In this document: positions 55,554 through 64,000 of the stretch, piece after piece | Position numbering within the stretch: the stretch's first letter is position 1 | How the letters are laid out: each line of letters begins with the position of its first letter | Source of the DNA: an uncultured bacterium | GTDB lineage: Bacteria > Zixibacteria > MSB-5A5 > CAIYYT01 | DNA length: 64,000 nucleotides | Direction: 5' to 3' | NCBI GenBank assembly: GCA_963698225.1 | Contig: CAVOPW010000014.1 | Location: forward strand, 14,033-78,032 | The notes under the pieces: generated by a model | Seen by the model: the letters and a program-made list of their open reading frames with translations, nothing else | Database searches by the model: none | Told to the model about the DNA's origin: nothing | Translations under genes and position numbers: made by a program

Positions 55554-55607
55554 AAGTCTATCTTACTCGAGCAGTCGGTTACCTATTTTCACTCTGGAGA
55601 GGGTCTA

Positions 55608-58600
55608 ATGCACAAAGTCTACCGCACGTCCGCGCTTGGCCTGGAAGGCACAACAAGCGCCAGAAAAGCCTGTTACCCTGAAGGTGGTCTGATCGCCGCA
55701 TTTCTTCTGGCCATCGGAATCCTTCTCATCGCCGCGACAACTGCCACGGCGCAAATCTCTGACGGCGGTACGCCGCCCAGTTTCGATCGGTTAATGCGCT
55801 CAAACGTGCAGCGTATGATCATGCCGCCGGTCGATGTTCAGGCCCTGTTGGCCGAAGATGCGGCCGAAGAATCTAAGGCCCTGCCCTTCCGATTCGGCGC
55901 TCCCTTTGATGTCAACTACTCACTCGACAATTCCGGTACCTGGGAAGATCTTCCTGATGGCGGCCGCATTTGGCGCATCACGTTTTCTTCGCCCGGAGCG
56001 TATTCAATCAACCTGATTTTCAGCAAGTATCGCCTGCCCGAGGGCGCACAGCTTTTTGTTTATAATTCTGACCGTAGCTACGTCATCGGCGCGTTTACCG
56101 CCAAGAACAATAAGCCGCACGGCGAGATGGCGACCCAGCCGGTGAGAGGTGATGAAGTCACCGTTGAATATTATGAACCGGCGGCGGTCGTCTACGAAGG
56201 CGAACTGGCCATTTCGCGCGTGGTTCATGCTTATAGAGACATCTTCAAGACCGTAAAGGACGCGCTCGACTTCGGCGGCTCGGGTTCCTGCAATAACAAC
56301 GTTAACTGCCCCGAAGGTGCGAATTGGCAGAAGGAGAAGCGCTCCGTTGCCATGGTCCTGCTTTCCAACGGTACCCGCTAGTGCTCCGGCTCAATGGTCA
56401 ACAATGTGCGCCAGGACAAGACACCCTACTTCCTGACCGCCAATCATTGCCTCGGCAGTTCGAATACCTGGATCATCATGTTCAACTACGAGAGCCCGTC
56501 ATGCGCCAATATCAATGGTCCAACCTTCATGACGGTTCAGGGCACGACGCAGAAAGCCGCGTACTCGACATCAGATGTCGGATTATTGCTGCTTAATGAA
56601 GCTCCTCCGGATTCGTATAAAGTTACATTCGGCGGATGGAACAATGTCAACGTCAGCGGCGACTCGGCAGTTGGTATCCATCATCCGGCAGGAGACATCA
56701 AGAAAATTTCCTTTGACTACAATTTCTACGAGTCAACCGATTACCTTGGCAGTACCGTCAACTCCAGCCTGAGCCACTGGCGCATTGCTGTGTGGGACGA
56801 CGGCACCACCGAAGGTGGTTCTTCCGGTTCGCCTCTTTACAACAAACAGCATCAGGTTATCGGTCAGCTTCATGGCGGCTGGGCCGCGTGTAATGACCTC
56901 CGCGCTGACTATTACGGTAAGTTTTCGATGTCGTGGAATGGCGGCGGAGCTCCTTCGTCGCGCCTGAAGGATTGGCTCGATCCGGATAACACCGGCGCGA
57001 CGTTTGTCAACACCTGGGATCCGTATGCCGGTGTGCAGATCGGTCACACGCCGCTGAACGACACGAAAGATTCTGTCAATCCGTATCCGGTGTTGGCGAC
57101 TATCACCGCCGATGCCGCTCTTAGACCCGACTCGCTCTTCCTGAAGTACACGATCAATTTCAATCCGTACCTTGACACGCTGGTGACAACCGGTAACCCG
57201 AACGAGTATATCGGTTACATCCCGGCGCAGTCGCCCGGCACAGTGATCAATTACTTCCTCGAGGCCCATGCCGTCAACGGCAAGGCGGACACGACCGAGA
57301 CCTATTCGTTCCGCGTGATCGACTACGCGCTGCTTCTGACCCCGAGTCTCTCTTCGACCTCCGGCGCCGTCGATGATACGGTGTTCCACAACTTTACCTT
57401 GACCAATGACGGGCTGTTCAACGACAGCTACAACTTGAGCCTGACCGGCGTCAATTGGGCGACCGGCATCTACGACAATGCCGGCACCACGCCGATCTCT
57501 TCGACCGGCACTCTGGCTCCGAATGCCACCTTCAACTTCAAGGTGCGCGTCATCGTCCCGGTCTCGACCTACGGCCAGCAGGATACCTCATTCGTGACGG
57601 CGGTGTCGGTGGGCAAGCCGACAGTGTTCAAGACCTCCTCGGTGCGTACGACCTCGGCAGGCCAGCCCTTGACCCTGCCGTTTATCGATACCTTCCCGGC
57701 GACCTCGCTTGATCCGGCCAAGTGGGTTTACAATGCCGGCGCCACCATCGACGGCATCGGTAGCAGTGAGCCCTCGCCGCTTTACAGCCTGCGCCTCAAC
57801 GGCGTGGCCGACACGGTGATTTCGCAAGCAGTCGACATGGGTGCGGCTTCGGGGATCAACTTCAGCTATTCGTATCAGCGCACCGGCGGCGGCGATTCGC
57901 CCGAGACCGGTGACGATCTGGTCATCGAGTATTACAATAACCTGGGTAACTGGGTGGAGTTGAGCCGTCAGCTCGGCTCGGGTGCGGATATGACGACCTA
58001 TTCGACGGTGACGATTGGCGCACCGCTGGATGCCTACCATTCCGCCTTCCGCCTGCGTTTGCGCAGCATCGGCTCGACCGGCGACGATTGGTTTGTTGAC
58101 GACATCGGCCTCGACTACGGTCCGGCGATAGCGGTCAATCATGCCAGCTTCAACGCGACAGTCGCGATCGGCGATTCGATCAATGACCAGCTGATCATCT
58201 CCAACTCCGGTCTGGGCGCCCTGAACTACTCGCTGGCGATTCTGCCCGACTTCACCAAGCGGATGCAGTTGTTCGCAGACCTCACCGCTTCCGGCCAGGT
58301 TAACCCGGCGAGCTACGTCCTCGAACCGCCGCTGCTTCCGGAGTCGAAAGCTCAAGAGAGTTCCGGTCAGCGCGGTCCGGAAGTCGTTTACAATGCCGGC
58401 GGTCCCGACAACTTCGGTTACTACTGGGTTGATTCCGATCAGCCGGGCGGTCCGGCCTTCAACTGGATCGACATCGAAGCGACCGGCACCTTGGTGACGG
58501 GCTTGACCGACGACAACTTTGTTGGTCCGTTCCCGATCGGGTTCAGCTTCGCTTACTATGATTCGGTTTACACGCAGTTCTATGTTTCCGGCAACGGTTT

Positions 58601-59420
58601 CATCGGCTTTGGTCCGACCACCGACTACGGCGCCCTGACCAATGGCGGTGTACCGTCCTCGGCGACGCCGAACAATGCGGTGTACTGGTGCTGGGATGAC
58701 TTGAACATCACCGACGCGGACAATCCGGGCGGCAAGGTGCTGTATCAGGTTGTCGGCGGCGACCTGGTGATCCAGTTTGAGAAGTATCCGGAGTACAACT
58801 CCAGTGTGATCGTCGGTAACACGATCACGACGCAGATCATCCTGTCGGCGAACGGCAATGTCAAGATTCAGTATGAGACGATCGGCGCGCAGTTTGATTT
58901 ATTGGGCTGCACGGTGGGCATCGAGAACAAGAGCGGTACGGACGGTCTGCAGGTTGCGCTCAACGCGGCTTACATCCATGCGGGTTTGGCGGTTGAGTTC
59001 ACCAAGCCGGCGCAGTGGCTGTACTTGTCCCAGGCCGGCGGTTCGGTGGCTCCGGGCGCTGCCGACACGGTCGATCTGCTGTTCTCGGCGGCTGATCTGG
59101 ACACCGGCGTCTACAAGTCGAAGATCAATGTCTACAACAACGACCCGGATCCGGGCAGCAGCCCGCTGGTGATACCGGCGAAGTTGACCGTGACGCCTCC
59201 GCCGCCGCCTTATACCTGCGGCGATGCCGATGGCAGCACGGTGGTGAACATCTCGGACGCGGTCCTGGTGATCGCTTACGTCTTCTCGGGCGGACCGGCA
59301 CCGGCTCCGCTGTTGTCCGGCGATGCCGACTGCAGTGGTGCGGTGAACATCTCGGATGCGGTCTACCTGATCGCTTATGTTTTCTCGGGCGGACCGGCTC
59401 CTTGTACTTCCTGTAAGTAG
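55608..59420 (+). CDS. secreted S1-family (lysyl-endopeptidase-like) serine peptidase with large C-terminal domains and a dockerin-like tail; interrupted by an in-frame TAG
   Basis: ORFs 55608..56381 and 56394..59420 are in the same frame, separated by TAG 56379-56381 (…LLSNGTR*CSGSMVNNV…). Catalytic motifs LTANHC (His) and EGGSSGSP (Ser). A lectin/LamG-like domain ends in ...DDWFVDDIGLD. The tail is CGDADGSTVVNISDAVLVIAYVFSGGPAP...GDADCSGAVNISDAVYLIAYVFSGGPAPCTSCK. Confidence 0.85.
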
Positions 59421-59449
59421 AGCACCGCTCACCAACATTCGACCCCACA

Positions 59450-59479
59450 GGGGCATCCGTAACTCGGATGCCCCTTTTT
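59450..59479 (+). terminator. intrinsic terminator of the peptidase gene
   Basis: GGGGCATCCG-taact-CGGATGCCCC followed by TTTTT, 30 nt after the stop. Confidence 0.8.
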
Positions 59480-59601
59480 CTTTGGCTGGGGAGAAACAAG
59501 CTCCACTGGCGTAATTTCATTGCGGAAAGCGCAGGTGTTGACGTAATTGTGAGTTGCCACTGTCCCTTTGAACCAACTGAGTTATTCGCAATGGAGCAAA
59601 G

Positions 59602-59841
59602 ATGTCCGAACCGATAATCGCTGACAAGAAATCCGTTAAGCTCGAACTGGAACCCGGCACCTATTATTGGTGTCGATGCGGTCGCTCAACCAACCAGCCG
59701 TTTTGCGATGGGTCGCACTCGGTCACTGATATTCAGCCGATGGAGTTCACGATCTCCGAAAAGAAGCTTCGATCATACTGTCAATGCAAGCACACGAAGA
59801 CTGCGCCATTCTGCGATGGAACGCATAAGGAATTGCCTTAG
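59602..59841 (+). CDS. CDGSH-type iron-sulfur domain protein (two CDGSH motifs)
   Basis: 79 aa. CRCGRSTNQPFCDGSH and CQCKHTKTAPFCDGTH are the mitoNEET-like 2Fe-2S ligand patterns. Confidence 0.88.
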   Translation: MSEPIIADKKSVKLELEPGTYYWCRCGRSTNQPFCDGSHSVTDIQPMEFTISEKKLRSYCQCKHTKTAPFCDGTHKELP

Positions 59842-60229
59842 ACGTTCCGCCCTCTCGCGAAAAGACGATCGGCAACCTGCAACAGAGAGCGCAACATGAC
59901 GAGATCCGTGACGGAGCCGTCGAGCCGGGAGGATTTCGACGAACAAACCCGCGCTATTGCTGTTGCTCCTGCAATCTACCCTTACTTGCTCATGCGATTG
60001 TTTTCCGATGCGCCAGCAATCGCCCTGAATAGTCCGCCGCGTTCCGGCGACGAACGGTCCGGCCCGAATTGGTGGCCAGTTTGCTGACCATTAATTCAGA
60101 GCGGTCGGACGACAGTGCCTAAAGCTGGAAGTCGCTGTGGCTCATAAACTACCATGGGGGTTCACGAAAACGGCGAGACTGCCGGAAATCCGCTGTAGCA
60201 AATGGCCCTTCCAGACCAAACAATCGCAC

Positions 60230-60258
60230 TTGACATCAACCGAATCGTAATTTATATT
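60230..60258 (+). promoter_or_regulatory. sigma70-like promoter of the 157-aa dockerin-tailed protein gene
   Basis: TTGACA (60230-60235), a 17-nt spacer, then TATATT (60253-60258). This leaves a leader of about 110 nt to atg 60378. Confidence 0.6.
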
Positions 60259-60377
60259 AGACCTAACAACTCGATTTAGTCTATTTATACGGTTTTCATA
60301 ATGTGTCGCGCCGCTATTGGGTCTTCAAGTTATCGCGGCCACTGGACCGAAAATTTTTCTTCTTGAGAGGTTGACCT

Positions 60378-60851
60378 ATGAAGCGTTCTTACCGAAGAAT
60401 CCTGGCAGCATTGACAGTCTCTTGCTTGTCTCTGGTGCTTGCGTCGCAGCTGTTCGCCGAGAATCAATCACCGAATGCCGGCGAGACTATCAAGTGGCAG
60501 GTTGTCGCTGGTGGTGGCACAACAAATGGCACCTCGGCAGGCTTCAAGCTCTCCAGCACGGTCGGCCAGACGGCTGCCGGCTTCGGCTCGTCTCCGGGTT
60601 ACAAGCTTAACCAGGGATTCCAGCAGAGTTTTACTTCTGCTGCCCCCTGCTTGTGCGGCGACGCGAACAACACGGGTTCGATCAATATCTCCGACGCCGT
60701 ATATGTGATTAATTACATTTTTGGCGGCGGTTCGGCGCCGAATCCGATTTGCCTTGGCGATGCCAACGGCACTGGTAACGTCAACATCTCTGATGCCGTT
60801 TACATCATCAGCTTCATTTTTGGCGGTGGACCTGCCCCGCATTGCCCTTAG
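60378..60851 (+). CDS. small secreted Gly/Ser-rich protein consisting mostly of a dockerin-like tandem module
   Basis: Signal peptide RRILAALTVSCLSLVLASQLFA. A mature N-part of about 65 aa has an internal repeat (TSAGFKLSSTVGQ / SSPGYKLNQGFQQ). It ends in CGDANNTGSINISDAVYVINYIFGGGSAP...GDANGTGNVNISDAVYIISFIFGGGPAPHCP. Confidence 0.8.
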   Translation: MKRSYRRILAALTVSCLSLVLASQLFAENQSPNAGETIKWQVVAGGGTTNGTSAGFKLSSTVGQTAAGFGSSPGYKLNQGFQQSFTSAAPCLCGDANNTGSINISDAVYVINYIFGGGSAPNPICLGDANGTGNVNISDAVYIISFIFGGGPAPHCP

Positions 60852-60876
60852 TATCTCATAATTTGCAGGCTAAGTG

Positions 60877-60908
60877 AAAAGGTCGATACCGGTTGGTATC
60901 GACCTTTT
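60877..60908. terminator. bidirectional terminator hairpin between convergent genes
   Basis: AAAAGGTCGATACC-ggtt-GGTATCGACCTTTT, a 14-bp perfect stem with A/T runs on both sides. It lies between the stop at 60851 (+) and the stop at 60937 (-). Confidence 0.8.
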
Positions 60909-60936
60909 GCATTTGCAGCAGAAGCTGACAGTAACT

Positions 60937-63513
60937 TTACAGATCGCCGTTAGCCCAGGTGATTAGACCGAATTCATGGGGGTTTACCGAGCTGCGGTGT
61001 CCCGGCAAGACTCGGATGGAGTAGCCGAATCTGCCGCTTGAGGTGATCGGCGCACTGCAGGAGTACGTATAAATACCGGCCACCGGGTTGCCAATAGGCT
61101 CCATTTCGATACTGCGCGCATCCGCGATTTCGCCGCGCTGCGAAATTCTGCCCAAGTACAGCTCGACCTGCAGGTCTTCCGCTTTAAACTCACCAACAAA
61201 CACCTTCGCACTAACCTTTATCTGCTGGGTAACATCTACCTTGGGCGGATTAGCCGATTCAATTTCGAGGATGCGAATGTCCGCCCACTTGTCCCGCAAG
61301 TGTCGATACCAGCCCGCCAGAGATCGCAGTTCTTCGTAATTGTTATTCTTCAGAATCTGATATTGCCGGAAGGCGCAGGTATAGGAGCGGTCGACATATT
61401 CTTGCACCATGCGATTGGAATTGAAGGCCGGGCTCAAGAGCTTGATTGAACGCTTCATCTTGGCAACCCACTCGCGCGGGATACCGTCGCGGCCGCGATC
61501 ATAGAAAGTTGGCGCAATCTCTTTTTCCAGCAGATCGTAAATGGCATTGGCCTCGACCTCGTCCTGATAGTCGTGGTTGTCGTACTCCTCGCCGGACCCG
61601 ATCGCCCATCCGACATCGGGGCGATAGCCTTCGACCCACCAGCCGTCGAGGACGCTCAGATTTAAGCCGCCGTTGAAAATGACCTTCATACCGCTGGTGC
61701 CGGATGCTTCCATTGGACGGCGCGGCGTGTTGAGCCAGATATCAACGCCTTGCACGAGATAGCGGGCCATCGACAAGTCGTAGTTCTCGAGGAAGACGAT
61801 GCGATCGCGTAACTGCGGGTCACGAATGCTGTGAATGATTGACTTGATTAATTCCTTGCCGATATTGTCGCGCGGATGCGCTTTGCCGGCAAAGACGATT
61901 TGAACCGGAAATTTAGCATCGTTAACGATCCGCTTGAGACGATCGATATCTCGGAAAAGGAGCGCCCCGCGCTTGTACGAAGCGAATCGACGGGCAAAAC
62001 CAATGGTCAGATATTCCGAGTGCAGGACTTCGCTGACCAGCTTCAATTCGCGCGGCGTCGCACCGCGGCGCTGGTATTGGTCCTTAAGCCGCTGGCGGAT
62101 CAATGAGATCATTTTTTCCCGCCGCAACTCATGTGTTCGCCAGAGTTCGCTGTCAAGAATGTCGTCGACATTGGACCAGCAGTTGTGATTGGCCGGTTGT
62201 TCCATCCAATCGAGCCCAAGATAACGGCTGTAGAGATCGGAAATCTCCTGCGAAATCCAGGACCGCGCGTGAATGCCGTTGGTGATCGAATTGATTGGGA
62301 CTTCATTCAACGGCACACCGACCCATGATCCTTGCCACATCTTGCGAGAAACTTCCGCGTGGAGTTTGCTGACACCGTTGATATATGACGAGAAATTCAT
62401 CGCCAGGTAAGCCATATTGAATTCGGTGGCTCCGTAGGCGCCGTTCTGACTTCCCAGTGCAAAGAAATCATTGGAGCTAATGCCCAGAATGGAGTAGTAA
62501 GGCCGCAGATAGCGCTCTACCACATCCCGGGGAAAGCGGTCAATACCTGCCGGAACCGGAGTGTGCGTGGTAAATATCGTGGTCTGCTTCACCAGCATTG
62601 AGGCTTCATTAAACGTCAGCCCTTCATTCTGCATGCGGCGCCGAACGCGGTCGATTGCCAGGAACGCGCTGTGCCCCTCGTTCATATGATAGACCGAAGG
62701 TGAATATCCGAGGTCGTCCAATGCGCGCACGCCGCCGATGCCGAGCACCAACTCCTGCCGAATGCGCATGTCGATGTCGCCGCCGTAAAGCTCGCTCGTG
62801 ATGTCGCGGTCTTCTGCCGCATTATTCGGGAGATTCGTATCGAGGAGATAAAGCGGCACTCGGCCAACCTGAAGCTTCCAAACCTTGATGAGCACACGGC
62901 GGCCCGCAAGATCAATCGACACGATCAGCGGCTCACCCTTGGCGTCGAGTGCTTCCGTCAGGGGTAGCATCGAGAAATCGAGCTCGGGATAGTATTCGCC
63001 TTGCCAACCGTCGGCGTTCAGATACTGCTGGAAATAGCCGCGTTGGTAAAGCAGTCCCACACCCACCAGCGGCACACCCAGATCGCTGGCTGATTTGAGA
63101 TGATCGCCGGCCAAAACACCCAGACCGCCGGAATAGATCGGCAAAGATTCGGTAAATCCGTATTCCGCCGAAAAATATGCGATCTCGCGCTGATCCGTCT
63201 TGAAATGTTGCTCACCGAACCATGTCTCGCCATCCATATAGACGTGAAGGTCGCGGTACACCGTTTCCAGGTGCGCCCGGAAAGACGCGTCTTTTTCGAG
63301 TTTGTCAAGCTTGGCCTGCGGAATCATCGAGAGCATGCGTACCGGATTGTGGCCGCAGTCTTCCCACAGCTTACTGTCTATTCTGCGAAACAACTGTATG
63401 GCGGGCTGATTCCAACACCAATAGAGATTGTAGGCAATTTCGCGAAGGGGTATGAGTCCGGCCGGAAGCACGGGCTCTACCTGGATGTATCTTAACGCTT
63501 TAACCATCTGCAT
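60937..63513 (-). CDS. glgP: alpha-glucan (glycogen/maltodextrin) phosphorylase, GT35, long bacterial/archaeal type
   Basis: 858 aa. N-terminal DUF3417-like region (IAYFSAEYG...), [20 protein letters not shown], and the PLP-lysine region EASGTSGMK. Confidence 0.92.
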   Translation of the reverse strand: MQMVKALRYIQVEPVLPAGLIPLREIAYNLYWCWNQPAIQLFRRIDSKLWEDCGHNPVRMLSMIPQAKLDKLEKDASFRAHLETVYRDLHVYMDGETWFGEQHFKTDQREIAYFSAEYGFTESLPIYSGGLGVLAGDHLKSASDLGVPLVGVGLLYQRGYFQQYLNADGWQGEYYPELDFSMLPLTEALDAKGEPLIVSIDLAGRRVLIKVWKLQVGRVPLYLLDTNLPNNAAEDRDITSELYGGDIDMRIRQELVLGIGGVRALDDLGYSPSVYHMNEGHSAFLAIDRVRRRMQNEGLTFNEASMLVKQTTIFTTHTPVPAGIDRFPRDVVERYLRPYYSILGISSNDFFALGSQNGAYGATEFNMAYLAMNFSSYINGVSKLHAEVSRKMWQGSWVGVPLNEVPINSITNGIHARSWISQEISDLYSRYLGLDWMEQPANHNCWSNVDDILDSELWRTHELRREKMISLIRQRLKDQYQRRGATPRELKLVSEVLHSEYLTIGFARRFASYKRGALLFRDIDRLKRIVNDAKFPVQIVFAGKAHPRDNIGKELIKSIIHSIRDPQLRDRIVFLENYDLSMARYLVQGVDIWLNTPRRPMEASGTSGMKVIFNGGLNLSVLDGWWVEGYRPDVGWAIGSGEEYDNHDYQDEVEANAIYDLLEKEIAPTFYDRGRDGIPREWVAKMKRSIKLLSPAFNSNRMVQEYVDRSYTCAFRQYQILKNNNYEELRSLAGWYRHLRDKWADIRILEIESANPPKVDVTQQIKVSAKVFVGEFKAEDLQVELYLGRISQRGEIADARSIEMEPIGNPVAGIYTYSCSAPITSSGRFGYSIRVLPGHRSSVNPHEFGLITWANGDL

Positions 63514-63756
63514 TCCCTGTCTATATCGACCGCAGCGTAATAATCATTACCTTGTCAGTACCAACAAACTTCGTAGTCGGTAAGATAATGCAAGGTCGGG
63601 CCGCTGCCAAGCTCTTCCTTGACCGCATACACGCCAAAATCGACCAAATCAGTTGCCTACCATAGAAATAAGTAGTCTAAGTCGGTCTACACTTAACACG
63701 AACGCCCGGGTCTTGCGTATCATCTCTAATGAACGATCGCCAGCAGGAAAGGATAT

Positions 63757-64000
63757 ATGCAGTTACCAAGATCATTAGGCGCGCTTAAGGCGTCCGGATA
63801 CAAGACGCGCAGCACCAAAGACGAATTGCGGGAGAATCTTCTCGAACAGATCCGCGGCGGCCGCAAACGCTGGCCCGGCATCATCGGTTACGACCGCACG
63901 GTGCTTCCGCAACTCGAGAACGCGATTTTATCCAAGCACGACATTCTGCTTCTCGGACTGCGGGGCCAGGCGAAGACGCGCATTCTCCGTCAACTCGTGA
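63757..64000 (+). CDS. AAA+ ATPase, Mg-chelatase ChlI/MoxR-like (5' partial, runs off the window)
   Basis: SD aggaaagga before atg 63757. The N-terminus MQLPRSLGALKASGYKTRSTKDELRENLL...ILLLGLRGQAKTRILRQL leads into a Walker-A-like GLRGQAKT. Only 81 codons are visible. Confidence 0.55.
   Translation, partial: MQLPRSLGALKASGYKTRSTKDELRENLLEQIRGGRKRWPGIIGYDRTVLPQLENAILSKHDILLLGLRGQAKTRILRQLV

Noticed and set aside
56379-56381. Pyrrolysine or other TAG recoding in the peptidase
   Set aside because: TAG terminates neighbouring genes normally (1688-1690, 3404-3406). No pyl genes or PYLIS-like context are visible. A single substitution is sufficient to explain it.
59896-60087. 63-aa ORF between the CDGSH gene and the promoter at 60230
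   Set aside because: It has no SD, and the opposite strand is also open across the same stretch, as expected by chance in GC-rich DNA. No motif. It could be a gene remnant, but there is not enough support to call it.

Overview
This is a chromosomal window of about 60 protein genes from what looks like an uncultivated aerobic Gram-negative bacterium. The lineage guess (FCB-group-like) is inference from gene content only. I found no rRNA, tRNA, CRISPR array, transposase, integrase or phage genes. Main blocks: (1) 0.2-3.4 kb holds a metal-uptake cluster: a His/Cys-rich small membrane protein, an outer-membrane beta-barrel, a ZnuA/TroA-type binding protein and an ABC-3 permease, with no ATPase. 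(2) 5.6-9.6 kb holds a heterodimeric ABC exporter pair with one degenerate ATP site, preceded by a promoter, a 31-codon Pro-rich leader ORF and a terminator. (3) 9.8-25.4 kb is one minus-strand respiratory super-cluster: ctaB, Alternative Complex III actABCDEF, a small membrane protein, SCO, caa3-type oxidase II-I-III-IV, ctaA, SCO and DUF420. (4) 27.5-30.8 kb holds pth and rpsF-rpsR-DUF2232-rplI-bifunctional nuclease. (5) 30.8-51.3 kb is mixed housekeeping and unknown genes, including an aldo/keto reductase, PepF, DoxX, a YHS-thioredoxin fusion, DJ-1, EamA/Lrp, acetyl-CoA synthetase with a Lys/Ala/Pro-rich N-terminal tail, an FHA-GAF-PP2C phosphatase and a GlmL-like ATPase pair. (6) 51.8-60.9 kb holds three separately transcribed secreted proteins (a giant adhesin-like protein, an S1 peptidase and a 157-aa protein). 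All three end in the same duplicated dockerin-like module, and I consider this the most interesting signal. (7) glgP and the start of an AAA+ gene close the window. The sequence carries 17 frameshifts, 16 of them of the same extra-base type, plus one in-frame TAG. I annotate interrupted genes as single merged spans and give the fragment coordinates in the evidence.
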